Shown one piece after another: positions 16,545 to 25,973 of a DNA stretch of 64,000 nucleotides (the stretch's first letter is position 1; every line of letters starts with the position of its first letter). Source of the stretch: Candidatus Parcubacteria bacterium (GTDB taxonomy: Bacteria > Patescibacteriota > Minisyncoccia > Phycocordibacterales > JAACPR01); the NCBI GenBank assembly GCA_041158505.1, contig JBEBBG010000007.1:27879-91878 (forward strand). The letters are read 5' to 3'. Under the pieces are notes generated by a model that was given only the letters and a program-made list of their open reading frames with translations, was not told the DNA's origin and made no database searches. The position numbers were made by a program, and so were the translations under genes.

Positions 16545-16877
16545 ATGAAAGAACCTCTACCAGACATAACCCTGGAGGTGTGGCGAGACAAGGAACTCAT
16601 GTACCATTGCCGTACACACTTCAACAAAATTAAGCAGACTCAAAACCCTGCTCCCGTCCCCACCATTGACCAGTTGTTGACACTCATTACCAGCGTAATC
16701 AACTCAACTGACTCGATGATTATGCCAATACCAGAAACTGCTATCGATGAAAGATTTAAGCCTGTTGATGTTCAGGTTATAAACCAAAGAGAGCATCCAT
16801 TGGAAAGCGGGGACTTGGAAGCAGTAAAGGAGTGCGTCTTGCAATCCGAAGCAAATTGGTTTGATGAGAGTTTGTAA
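16545..16877 (+). CDS. Hypothetical cassette protein (110 aa)
   Basis: An ORF between repeats. Confidence 0.4.
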   Translation: MKEPLPDITLEVWRDKELMYHCRTHFNKIKQTQNPAPVPTIDQLLTLITSVINSTDSMIMPIPETAIDERFKPVDVQVINQREHPLESGDLEAVKECVLQSEANWFDESL

Positions 16878-16943
16878 TATTTTAAACTAAACCCTTGTAG
16901 CCGCGTCGACTTTCCACAGTTGCGTGGTTTTTCTTTTCTATTC

Positions 16944-16976
16944 CACGCTGATTCAAACCAACCTCAGTCCGCGGAG
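16944..16976 (+). repeat. Cassette-boundary repeat, copy 9 (degenerate)
   Basis: CACGCTGATTCAAACCAACCTCAGTCCGCGGAG. Confidence 0.55.
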
Positions 16977-17035
16977 ACCTTGTAAAGCAACGTAAAAAAA
17001 ATTTATTTAACAAATAATTTTGATAAAATTCTCTT

Positions 17036-17314
17036 ATGAAGAAAAATTTTAAATCACAGGGAGCAGTAAAACTATTTCCACAAAAAGGTGGATGGGTGTA
17101 TTTGCCAGTAAAACAAACTTATTCTGATTTAGGAATTACAAAACCCAAATGGGGTTTGGTTCCAGCAACAATTACAATCGGAAACACTACTTGGAAAAAA
17201 TCACTTTTACCAATGGGAGACGAAACTTTATTCATTGCTTTAAATGAAAAAGTAAGAAAAGCTGAAAATATAAAAATTGGAGATACAATAACAGCTACTT
17301 TTACATTAGATTAG
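17036..17314 (+). CDS. DUF1905-like small protein
   Basis: KGGWVYLPV...GLVPATITIGNTTWKKSLLPMGDETLFIALNEKVRKAENIKIGDTITATFTLD matches the DUF1905 pattern. Confidence 0.5.
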   Translation: MKKNFKSQGAVKLFPQKGGWVYLPVKQTYSDLGITKPKWGLVPATITIGNTTWKKSLLPMGDETLFIALNEKVRKAENIKIGDTITATFTLD

Positions 17315-17399
17315 TTCTGAAGTACTAGATTCGGAAGAAACCCCTGATTACGTAAGGTAATTCAACGGCTTTCGTGTTTCTCTTTTCTACCCCACCGCA

Positions 17400-17428
17400 C
17401 TGGCTTGATCCAGCCTCAGCTGCTTGTA
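17400..17428 (+). repeat. Cassette-boundary repeat, copy 10 (degenerate; last in the array)
   Basis: CACTGGCTTGATCCAGCCTCAGCTGCTTG. Confidence 0.5.
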
Positions 17429-17488
17429 ACTATTTACAATTCAGTATTTTTATGTTTTTATACTGCCTGGCTATTGTACCCACACATC

Positions 17489-18415
17489 ATGAAAAAAACG
17501 TCTGTTACCATAATTGTAACCCTCACCATCCTAATCTTGTGCCTTTGGCACTACCAAAGGATCAAGGTCGTGCCAACTACCCCTTCACCGGCATCAACCG
17601 TGGAAACACAGGTGGTGGAGACACCGCCGGTGGTAAACCCTCTCCAAGGGATTGCCTCGATCGAGCAGACACTCACACAACTGAACGCCTCGCTCGACCT
17701 GCTCGAACGAGAAGCGAGCACCGATGCGCTGCTGATGAAGTTCATTCGCGAATACCGCGAACAGCAAATCTCGGCAGTGGACTTTGACACGAGTTTCAAG
17801 AAGCTGCGTGACATGCCTGTCGATATCATCCCGATGTTGCACATGGCATACGGCATCAGCGACGAAGATGCATCCCATGTCACCGCTCTGCAACAGAATA
17901 TCGCGGAGATTGTCCGCAACAAGCACACCTTGTTCTGGACGGAAGATTTCTGCGGCGGAAAGGTTGTTACCAAGGAGAACGCGTGGGAGGAAGTCCGAAC
18001 GGAATTCCAGAACACAACCATCCCGATGACTACGAATGATTTGAGCAAGGCATCGATTGATGCCTACCTTGAACAAATTCGGCCTTTCTCGGCTGCTCAG
18101 CAAGTCATCCATGAGCCCGGAGTAACCACGGTGATGGGCGGCGACTATCGCCCACTCAAAAACATCCACCAGAGACTGCTGGAGTACGCTGCTCATGCCG
18201 ATCGTGGCACACTGCCTTCCGCCCTTGACCCCAGAAGGATGCCCCTGCTCCGCACCGTGCTGAGTAAAGGCCGTGACCTCTACCTGCTTCGGTACATTGC
18301 CGAGCATGGCAGCCAGGAACCACAGGTGATCGTCTTCGGCGCCGCCCACACGGAACACCTCAGTGAACTGCTGAGCTTCTACCAAGCAGGCGGGCAATTT
18401 CTGGTCATCCAGTGA
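17489..18415 (+). CDS. Hypothetical TM-anchored protein (308 aa from MKKTSVTII), ~57% GC. A possible TraB/GumN/ChaN-like C-terminal GxxH motif is seen, at low confidence.
   Basis: N-terminal TM helix; C-terminal VIVFGAAHTEHL. It is followed by a hairpin at 18421-18457 plus a U-tract, but no repeat. Confidence 0.4.
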   Translation: MKKTSVTIIVTLTILILCLWHYQRIKVVPTTPSPASTVETQVVETPPVVNPLQGIASIEQTLTQLNASLDLLEREASTDALLMKFIREYREQQISAVDFDTSFKKLRDMPVDIIPMLHMAYGISDEDASHVTALQQNIAEIVRNKHTLFWTEDFCGGKVVTKENAWEEVRTEFQNTTIPMTTNDLSKASIDAYLEQIRPFSAAQQVIHEPGVTTVMGGDYRPLKNIHQRLLEYAAHADRGTLPSALDPRRMPLLRTVLSKGRDLYLLRYIAEHGSQEPQVIVFGAAHTEHLSELLSFYQAGGQFLVIQ

Positions 18416-18534
18416 AAATGGATCACGTCCGACGCAAGGAAGTTCCTCGCGTCGGACACTTTTTCTTTTCTACTATAATTCTGAGTGTATGCAGAAACCT
18501 TGACGAACCACCTGCGTAGGGGTAGCGTTGTGAT

Positions 18535-19056
18535 ATGGAGCACCTTTCAGAAAGTGGTAGCAGACCACCAAACAATCAAATCATCTGCACCCTGGTCTAC
18601 CCCATCCAGGATATGCAAGTACTCCTTGCAAAAAAGAGGCGGAAAATTGGGGTTGGTCTCTGGAATGGCTGGGGCGGAAAAGTTGAGAAAGACGATACCT
18701 CAGTCAGAGCGGCAGCGGCTCGCGAACTGTTTGACGAAGCAAGATTGCATGTTGACCCTGCTGCGCTAGACTACCGTGGCAAAGTCACCTTCTACAACAA
18801 AGATGCTGCTATGCCAGTGGTTGTCGTCCATCTCTTTCTAGCGACTGAATGGTCGGGAGAGGTTACTGTCGAGGAAACTGAGATGAGTGATCCTACGTGG
18901 TGGCCGATCAAAGAACTACCGTTTGATGAGATGCCCGCATCAGACTACGATTGGCTGCCATTAATCTTGGACGGTCATACCATTGAGGCAACAGCGTGGA
19001 ATGGTCCAAATCAGCGGTCGATCTCGAAACCAACCGTCGTACGCATCATTGAGTAA
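18535..19056 (+). CDS. NUDIX hydrolase
   Basis: Nudix-box-like GGKVEKDDTSVRAAAARELFDEARL. Confidence 0.65.
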   Translation: MEHLSESGSRPPNNQIICTLVYPIQDMQVLLAKKRRKIGVGLWNGWGGKVEKDDTSVRAAAARELFDEARLHVDPAALDYRGKVTFYNKDAAMPVVVVHLFLATEWSGEVTVEETEMSDPTWWPIKELPFDEMPASDYDWLPLILDGHTIEATAWNGPNQRSISKPTVVRIIE

Positions 19057-19149
19057 CACCGGCTTTTGTCAGTGACTCGTTGGTGTTTTTCTTTTTAGAA
19101 AACTTGACACTTGTGTTTAAGTGTTATATTTTTTACTAAATTCTTTCAC

Positions 19150-19629
19150 ATGAAGACCACCCTCTACGCCCTCATCGGGATTGTTCTCTACGCAATCCAA
19201 AACGCAATCATTGATGTGAAATTGAAGCAGTACTCCCCGACGGGTATTTTGCTCGGTTTCTACATCATCCTCTTGCCGCTCGCCCTAGGCTTGTTCCTCT
19301 GGCAAAAGGCATCTGGGCAACCAGTCGGCATTCCTACGGGCAAACCCTTCTTGATCCTGTCGTTGGTCGCGGTGATGTTTTTCATCGCCGACTTCTTCTA
19401 CATCGGCGCATACACGAGTGGAGGCAACGTGGTGACGGTCACCATTTTGCTCTCCCTCATGCCTGTCATCGGCGGGATCATCAAGTTCTTTTGGGTACGT
19501 GACGTGCCCAATGGATGGCAGGTGACAAGCTTCGGCTTTGCTCTGATTGCGGTTATTTGCATCGCAATCGGTAATACCCGAAAAACCCCTGCCGCCGAAG
19601 ATTCTCCGGCACAAGAACAAAGTCCCTGA
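19150..19629 (+). CDS. Hypothetical small multi-pass membrane protein
   Basis: About 4 predicted TM helices. Start chosen at MKTTLYALIG. Confidence 0.4.
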   Translation: MKTTLYALIGIVLYAIQNAIIDVKLKQYSPTGILLGFYIILLPLALGLFLWQKASGQPVGIPTGKPFLILSLVAVMFFIADFFYIGAYTSGGNVVTVTILLSLMPVIGGIIKFFWVRDVPNGWQVTSFGFALIAVICIAIGNTRKTPAAEDSPAQEQSP

Positions 19630-19759
19630 TTGCCCTCTCTCGCAACCACCGCTCGTAGTTGCGAGGCATTTTCTTTCACCGCATACCGTCCTACAGCGAA
19701 ACTGCACATACGCATCAATGTATGCTATTGTCTTTTTCAAACAACCCTTGCTCTTCTAT

Positions 19760-20096
19760 GGAAACAAGATTGAAGTTTTTTACTCAAGGTTGCCCTGTGT
19801 ACCCTCGGCCAATCACGGATGATGAGCAATCAGATGTTCTCCGTGTGTTACATGCAGTATGGCCGCCAGAGCCGCTATTTGTTGCACTAGATTCAAGAAT
19901 CAAGCAATCAGAAGCAGAAATTCTTGAAGAGGGGGTGCGCCATCCTCAAATCGTCATGTTAGCATATGCTGATGGTAGACCGTTCATGATTCGATATGAA
20001 GGAGAGGCAGGCTCGCAACCCTTAGCCGTCTCTGCACATTGGCTCATAATCGCACTCGAAGACCCTGACTCAGAGGACGACACATGCCTATTTTGA
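19760..20096 (+). CDS. Hypothetical protein (start uncertain)
   Basis: The ORF only. Confidence 0.25.
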
Positions 20097-20148
20097 CCGG
20101 GGTTTTTTCTTTTTATACAGCCTGTGCTAGGGTGTTTGGTAAACAATT

Positions 20149-20760
20149 ATGATACCAACGCTCTTTCTCGATATCGATGACACACTCCTCAGTCACACAC
20201 CCTTGGCACGTGATTTCATTCTCGACCAGTATGGTTTGGAACTGCCTCAGGATTTTCACTCGGGGTACGACCTCTTTGGTATGGTGGAAGCTCACCTGTC
20301 CCCTGAACGAAAACTCTTGAAATATGATTTCTGGGCACACTACACCGACAACTTCTTACTCTCTCGAGATCCTCGATACAAGCACGAACCGCTTCCTGGT
20401 GCTACCGAAACGGTTGCGGCACTTTCGTGCAAGTATGATCTCTGGGTTGTAACTGCACGACCATGTATCTGCAAAGAGGTTACGGAGGACACGCTCGATC
20501 AGTTTTTCCCAAACTGCTTTCAGGGTATCCACTTCGTATGGAAACGGGAAGGCGGCAAACATACCGAACGCCCAAAACGGGACTTCATTACAGAAATTGG
20601 TAGCGGACTCGCGCTGATTGATGACAATCCTGAGCAGATTATTGCCGCTCAAAGCGCAATCGAACCAGTTCTCTTTGATCCGCACGATCACCACCGTAAT
20701 CATCCAGAAATCAAGGTTCGGGTGAAAAGTTGGAGCGACATCGCTGACCGGTTTTTGTGA
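20149..20760 (+). CDS. HAD superfamily hydrolase
   Basis: Motif I is LFLDIDDTLL (DxDxT). Confidence 0.6.
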   Translation: MIPTLFLDIDDTLLSHTPLARDFILDQYGLELPQDFHSGYDLFGMVEAHLSPERKLLKYDFWAHYTDNFLLSRDPRYKHEPLPGATETVAALSCKYDLWVVTARPCICKEVTEDTLDQFFPNCFQGIHFVWKREGGKHTERPKRDFITEIGSGLALIDDNPEQIIAAQSAIEPVLFDPHDHHRNHPEIKVRVKSWSDIADRFL

Positions 20761-20772
20761 GGATATGTTTGT

Positions 20773-20812
20773 GGGCCGGCGCGCGAAGCGCGCCGGCCCC
20801 TTTTCTTTTCAA
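20773..20812 (+). terminator. Intrinsic terminator (GGGCCGGCGCGCGAAGCGCGCCGGCCCC followed by TTTTCTTTTC)
   Basis: Perfect GC-rich hairpin plus U-tract. Confidence 0.7.
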
Positions 20813-20849
20813 AACAAAACTGACAGCCACTACTCTCAGTGCGCGTCTA

Positions 20850-22550
20850 TTACCCCCGTATAAACAACCGTGCGAAACGAATATCCTCAAACGAGTACTG
20901 CCCGCCGAGCTTTCGGTGTACTGCCGTTAATCGAAACTCCTCCATGCCACGAGATGCATCACGAACGTCCTCACACATCTGCGCAAATTCATCAGTATCT
21001 GGCGCGAGGTATGCAACATCATCTGCCGTGAGCGCACCCTCATCGAGTAACCGTTCCAAGTGCGACAAAATCGTTCCCGAGGTGAGCTTTCGCGTGCTAA
21101 TGATTTTTTTGAGGGGCACCTGTTCAAGCACAAGTTCTTTGGTTAGTTCAAAGGTTGTTTTCTTTGCACCATCTTCACCGCGAACCTCCTGCTCACTCGC
21201 ACCAATCTTACGCAAAAATGAACGGTGCAGCTCATCGTACGTCTGCGCATCCGTGCGCGAGCATTCGGCGCATACGCGCGTCGAATGCTCGCGCAACCAC
21301 CCATCAACATCACGTACCTGCTCATGCACACGAAGTGCCATTGGGTTAAATCCTTTAAGCAGCAACCCATCGAGCGTTCGCAATCGTGACAACGCAACGT
21401 ACCCCTGCCCCGGCACAAATGCATTGCTCAAATCAACGACTGCTCGATCGAGCGTCATGCCCTGACTCTTGTGAATTGTTACTGCCCACGCAAGCTTCAG
21501 CGGCACCTGCCCAATTTCACCGAGCACCTTACCACCATCCTCCACAGACCAGCTCTGCGGTGACGCAACAAATCGCTCACCAGTTTTTGTAACCACCACG
21601 GGATACCCTCCCTCAAACCCAACCACCTCACCGGTTGTTCCATTGACGTATCCAGCAACAGGATTATTTTTTACAAACATCACCAGCGCGCCTTTCTTTA
21701 CCACCAATCGCTCAGGGGCAAGCGCACCACGCTTGAGCGCATCAATCACGTGCGGCTTTCCGCTTGCCGTCATGAGGTACACCTGCTCATCAGCATTGAG
21801 GGCTTGCAATTTTTTCCCATTAAATGAATCAACATTCACATTGTGCGTATAGAGCTTCGTCACGTCTTCTGGCTCATCGGTAATAATTCTCGATCGCAAC
21901 ACCTCAACGGTTTGTTCGCTTGGCTCTCCATCACGAAGTTCATTGAGGAGCGTCGCGAGCGCATCGTCGCCTTGTCGAAACTGCGTCTTGAGGTAGCACG
22001 TATGCATGTCTGCTGCTTTCCATGCGCGCGACGTAAATGCAAAAGGTGTCTGCACCTCCGGTTCATCATCAAAGAAAATTGTTTGGACCTCCTGTGTAGT
22101 GCGTCGTTTCTCAATCGGCGGCAGCTGGAAAAAGTCGCCCGAGCATACCACTTGCATGCCACCAAATGGCGCATCGACTCGGGTAAACATACGTGCGACC
22201 TGATCAACCGTATCGAGCGTCTGCGCAGACAGCATCGAGACTTCATCAATCACGAGCACCTTTGCTTTCTCAAATCGTTTGTGGAGGTACGCCTTTTGCG
22301 AGAGCATATCAAGCTCATACTCACTGAGCGAATCACGAATACCAATCCCCGCCCATGAGTGAATGGTCATGCCCTTGAGGTGTGTTGCAGCGATGCCAGT
22401 AGATGCGGTTACGGCAACCTCGACACCGCGCGAGCGCAAAAAAGAAATATACTCATTGAGCACGTGTGTCTTTCCAGAACCTGCCGGACCGGTTAGAAAC
22501 ACGTTTTTACCGAGCTTGAGTACCTGGAGCGCTTCCTGCTGCGTCATCAT
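20850..22550 (-). CDS. PIF1/RecD-like ATP-dependent DNA helicase
   Basis: Walker A is GPAGSGKTHV. Also TASTGIAA...TIHSWAGIG, a Walker B VIDEVSML, and a C-terminal UvrD_C-like region. Confidence 0.8.
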   Translation of the reverse strand: MMTQQEALQVLKLGKNVFLTGPAGSGKTHVLNEYISFLRSRGVEVAVTASTGIAATHLKGMTIHSWAGIGIRDSLSEYELDMLSQKAYLHKRFEKAKVLVIDEVSMLSAQTLDTVDQVARMFTRVDAPFGGMQVVCSGDFFQLPPIEKRRTTQEVQTIFFDDEPEVQTPFAFTSRAWKAADMHTCYLKTQFRQGDDALATLLNELRDGEPSEQTVEVLRSRIITDEPEDVTKLYTHNVNVDSFNGKKLQALNADEQVYLMTASGKPHVIDALKRGALAPERLVVKKGALVMFVKNNPVAGYVNGTTGEVVGFEGGYPVVVTKTGERFVASPQSWSVEDGGKVLGEIGQVPLKLAWAVTIHKSQGMTLDRAVVDLSNAFVPGQGYVALSRLRTLDGLLLKGFNPMALRVHEQVRDVDGWLREHSTRVCAECSRTDAQTYDELHRSFLRKIGASEQEVRGEDGAKKTTFELTKELVLEQVPLKKIISTRKLTSGTILSHLERLLDEGALTADDVAYLAPDTDEFAQMCEDVRDASRGMEEFRLTAVHRKLGGQYSFEDIRFARLFIRG

Positions 22551-22627
22551 AGTACACCGATTTTACCACGCAGCACGACTGCCGTATTGATTGACGGGCT
22601 AAAACATCCAACGTACGGTGCTGTCTT

Positions 22628-23278
22628 TTAATCAACCTGCGGCGGCCTAAAGAAGATGCGCTCTGGCAATCGATTACCCTTACAGCGTGCAACGCGGCGC
22701 GCAAACTGTTTGCCTCGTTTCTCACACGCTGCCAGTACTGCCACGTCCTCAAACGCGCGAACGTTTCCTGTGTAGTAGGCACCTAGCACATGTGCACCGT
22801 AGTACAAGAACACGCCACGCAACCAGAACGACGGAAAAGCAAAAAAGACAAGCTTCTGTGCCCAGCGCGGTGTACCTCCTGATACCAAAAAGTACGTTCG
22901 TAAGAATCCAAGCTTCCCAACCGGCTGATTGAAGCGATTTCGCTTCGTCATATCGAGGGCAAAGAAGCGCATGCGGTCAATGAAGTTTTTCAAATGCGCA
23001 GGAATTGAGAAGTTGTATGTCGGCGCTGCAATAACCAACCCTTGTGATGCTTGTATGCGAGCCGTAAGCTCACGAAACGCTCCCTCGTGCGACTGCGGAC
23101 CTGTACTGTTTTCAAACGTGTACGTATCAATAAGCACATCGGCCAAGTACACCTTCTCGACGCTCACGCCTGGCACCGTCTGTACACCACGAATGAACGC
23201 ATCGAGCATGCTATCTGAATTTCTACCCCGCGATGGCGAGCATGCAAGCGCAATAATTGTCACTGATATGTCTGTCAT
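22628..23278 (-). CDS. Flavodoxin-like fold NAD(P)H-dependent oxidoreductase (FMN reductase-like)
   Basis: The N-terminus IIALACSPSRG and the overall pattern. Confidence 0.55.
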   Translation of the reverse strand: MTDISVTIIALACSPSRGRNSDSMLDAFIRGVQTVPGVSVEKVYLADVLIDTYTFENSTGPQSHEGAFRELTARIQASQGLVIAAPTYNFSIPAHLKNFIDRMRFFALDMTKRNRFNQPVGKLGFLRTYFLVSGGTPRWAQKLVFFAFPSFWLRGVFLYYGAHVLGAYYTGNVRAFEDVAVLAACEKRGKQFARRVARCKGNRLPERIFFRPPQVD

Positions 23279-23355
23279 GCGAAGCAGTATAGCACAGACA
23301 CAGTAATTTGACTTTTATTATTTTTATAGCATTTTATATGCTAACCTGAGTACCT

Positions 23356-23682
23356 ATGAAAAATCCATCCGGAAAAAAACGTAAAGGGACACACACGACC
23401 TACACCGAAGCCGCCGGCAAGGTCGCCGAAAAGCTTGCGCGTTCAGATACGATCTCGAGCATTGTTGCAGGTGTTATCACCCCCGGCCTCAAAAGCTCAA
23501 AACGCAGTGTGAAAGTCATTAAAAACCCAACAGGGGCACTCCTTGTTAAAGTACGTGATGTTACCACCATCATGGAAGTACACGTCATTGGCAAAGACTA
23601 CGATGCCGCCATCGCAAAAATTGAGGAGATTGCGAAGGAATTACACATGGACTTCAAGTTGGAAGACCGTACCGGCGCCTAA
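23356..23682 (+). CDS. Hypothetical protein (108 aa)
   Basis: An ORF with a terminator-like U-tract downstream. Confidence 0.35.
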   Translation: MKNPSGKKRKGTHTTYTEAAGKVAEKLARSDTISSIVAGVITPGLKSSKRSVKVIKNPTGALLVKVRDVTTIMEVHVIGKDYDAAIAKIEEIAKELHMDFKLEDRTGA

Positions 23683-23710
23683 GTCGGTACTTTTTCTTTT
23701 AGGTGCAGTA

Positions 23711-24460
23711 CTATGCCTTCTTTACGAATCCTTCGATTGCCTTGAGTGCCTCAACAGGAACCATGTAGACAACAGTATTACTCTGATCTGAAGACATATC
23801 GTTGATTGATTGTAATGTACGAAGGTGTAGTGCACCAGGAGTTGCGGCAAGCATTGCTGCAGCCTTTGCAAGGTTTTCTGATGCAGCAAGCTCTCCTTCT
23901 GAGGTAATGATCACCGAACGTTTCTCTCGTTCTGCCTCTGCTTGCTTACCAATAGTTCGCTCGAGTTCAGGTGGCAGACTTACATCCTTGAGCTCTACAT
24001 TTTGCACCTTGAGTCCCCACGCATCTGTTTCGGTATCAACGATTTCGCGAATACGATCGGCAATCTTGTCTCGGCTTGAGAGCAGTTCATCAAGCGTCAC
24101 TTCACCAACGATATTTCGCATCGTCGTCTGCGCATACTGAGAAATTGCATACTTAAAATCTTCTACCTCAAGAATCGCTTTCTGTGCATCACCGACCTTG
24201 TAGTAGATAACAGCATTCACGCGAACTGAAACGTTGTCTCGTGTAATGGCATTTTGATCTGGCACATCAACAGCTTTAGTGCGCACATCCACTTTCTGGT
24301 AGTGCTGAATAACTGGGAACACCAGTCGCCACCCTGGCTGCATCACTGAACTGAACTTTCCAAGTGTAAACTTCACACCCCGCTCATACTGATTTACCTG
24401 GCGAATGCTCACCACAATAATCACCAAAACCACAATAAGGATAAAAACTCCCATAGACAT
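23711..24460 (-). CDS. SPFH/band 7 (stomatin/prohibitin-like) membrane protein
   Basis: An N-terminal TM helix followed by the SPFH signature (YERGVKFTLGKF...NVSVRVNAVIYYKV). Confidence 0.8.
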   Translation of the reverse strand: MSMGVFILIVVLVIIVVSIRQVNQYERGVKFTLGKFSSVMQPGWRLVFPVIQHYQKVDVRTKAVDVPDQNAITRDNVSVRVNAVIYYKVGDAQKAILEVEDFKYAISQYAQTTMRNIVGEVTLDELLSSRDKIADRIREIVDTETDAWGLKVQNVELKDVSLPPELERTIGKQAEAEREKRSVIITSEGELAASENLAKAAAMLAATPGALHLRTLQSINDMSSDQSNTVVYMVPVEALKAIEGFVKKA

Positions 24461-24696
24461 ACGTTACGTTTATATATTCCTAGCATACGGTGTTGTGCGC
24501 AAAACGTACACATTGACTTTTTTAATAAATGTAGTATTTTAATAGACATGTTGCATCGCAACGTACAGCAGAACAAAACGCAAAACCGCTACATGTCAGT
24601 GGCGGATATTCTCATTGCGCGTGTCTGGGCGACTCCCCACACACTTGTGTCTAGCTGTAACGTTTGTACTCGGTAAATACCCTTTCTCCGCGATAA

Positions 24697-24740
24697 AAAC
24701 GCTCCAGCTCGACAGAAGCTGGAGCGTTTTCCGTTTCTTG
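24697..24740 (+). terminator. Intrinsic terminator (AACGCTCCAGCT-loop-AGCTGGAGCGTT followed by TTCCGTTTCTT) closing an ORF-free ~190-nt region
   Basis: 12-bp perfect stem. Confidence 0.6.
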
Positions 24741-24763
24741 TTGAGCACATACACACTAACCCA

Positions 24764-25360
24764 TTGTTCCTTATCACCATGAAAGATAAACCCGAACTGA
24801 CCTTCCGTACCGGTTTCCGCGTACGGCTCCGTCTGCTCACTGCAGACGATGCAGTGACACTGACCACCTGGATGAATGATCCAGAAACAACGCAGTACAT
24901 CACCCAGTACCTACCCAAGACGCTTGAAGCCGAGCATGCATGGATTGAGTTGCTCTACAAGAACGACAAAGACATCGTGTTTGGGATCGAGCACATCGAA
25001 GATGACACGCTCATCGGCGTTATTGGGTTGCACCACATTCAGTACCGTCACGGTACCGCCTCAACGGGCGCGACGATTGGCAGCAAAGATCACCTCGGCA
25101 AAGGGTATGGTAGCGAGGCAAAAATGCTCTTGCTCAAGTACGCCTTCGATACGCTTAACCTGCGCAAGATTGGCGCCCGCGTGTACGCCTTTAACGGCCG
25201 CTCGCTGCGATACCAAGAGAAGTGCGGTTACCGCGTAGAAGGAGTGCTCAAAGAGCAGCATTTCATCAATGGTGAATACCACGATGAGGTGCTGCTGGCA
25301 GTCCGTCGCGAGGATTGGCTGCCCATCTGGGAGAGGTACCAGAGCACCGGGACCGTCTAA
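24764..25360 (+). CDS. GNAT family N-acetyltransferase (RimJ/RimL-like)
   Basis: GNAT motif A region HLGKGYGSEA and the RimJ-like N-terminus. Confidence 0.75.
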   Translation: MFLITMKDKPELTFRTGFRVRLRLLTADDAVTLTTWMNDPETTQYITQYLPKTLEAEHAWIELLYKNDKDIVFGIEHIEDDTLIGVIGLHHIQYRHGTASTGATIGSKDHLGKGYGSEAKMLLLKYAFDTLNLRKIGARVYAFNGRSLRYQEKCGYRVEGVLKEQHFINGEYHDEVLLAVRREDWLPIWERYQSTGTV

Positions 25361-25502
25361 GACGGTCCCTTTTTCTTTGTAGCTTATGCACAGGCAGCCC
25401 CCTTGACGACTTTTACATATATGCTATTTTAATCCCCGACCGACCCACGTTCCTTCTCACAACCCATCCGAGGAGTGCGTGTGTCACTATCCTAACAAGC
25501 CT

Positions 25503-25973
25503 ATGAAGAAGTCCAGTCCCATCCTGCTGTTGGGGGCGATGATCGCCCTGTCCGCTTACTTGCTGCCGAACCTCGGTGCCGCCGACGACCTGCCCGATCG
25601 CGATGTCTCCATCGCCCTCGCCGTGCCGGACATCAGCGACAACTACATCGCGTACGACATCCAGAAGCCGGCCGATCCCGTCGCCATCTTCCAGCGTGAC
25701 GAGTTCAACGATGCGATCATCAGCCTCAGTGCCGCCAGCTACGTCGAGAAGAATCCGGCCAAGAAGGCCACCGACACCAGCTACAGCACCTACGGCACCT
25801 TGAAGCAGACCTACGGCACCAACGGCTACAGCCACACCGGCGTCATCCACGACACCATCGCCGGCCACTGGAGTATTCGCGAAGCCAACAACGGCCTCGT
25901 CTACTACGACGACACGAGTACCGGCCTCGCCCTCCTCGGCACCCACGCTGCCCCGACGGTCCTCCAGACCTGA
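25503..25973 (+). CDS. Small secreted hypothetical protein, high GC (~63%)
   Basis: Signal peptide MKKSSPILLLGAMIALSAYLL. Strong GC3 bias, unlike its neighbours. Confidence 0.45.
   Translation: MKKSSPILLLGAMIALSAYLLPNLGAADDLPDRDVSIALAVPDISDNYIAYDIQKPADPVAIFQRDEFNDAIISLSAASYVEKNPAKKATDTSYSTYGTLKQTYGTNGYSHTGVIHDTIAGHWSIREANNGLVYYDDTSTGLALLGTHAAPTVLQT

Larger units (their letters stand above)
3693..18470. mobile_element. Putative tRNA-Asn-adjacent genomic island (recombinase, ATPase/protease module, cassette array). The right boundary is approximate.
   Basis: Lower and heterogeneous GC, a serine recombinase abutting the tRNA 3' end, and accessory gene content. Core-type genes resume after ~18.5 kb. 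Confidence 0.4.

Noticed and set aside
11177-17428. CRISPR array interpretation of the 10 direct repeats
   Set aside because: Spacing is 456-1373 nt and irregular. Each interval holds a full ORF plus a terminator. The repeats are 32-34 nt but not regularly interspaced, and no cas genes are nearby.
17551-18397. Minus-strand ORFs 17551-18048 and 17594-18397
   Set aside because: They are antisense to the 57%-GC cassette gene 17489-18415, have no motifs, and are inconsistent with the uniform plus orientation and the terminator and repeat placement.
20839-21465. 208-aa plus-strand ORF
   Set aside because: It is antisense to the PIF1/RecD-like helicase, and its sequence is low-complexity Ser/Arg-rich.
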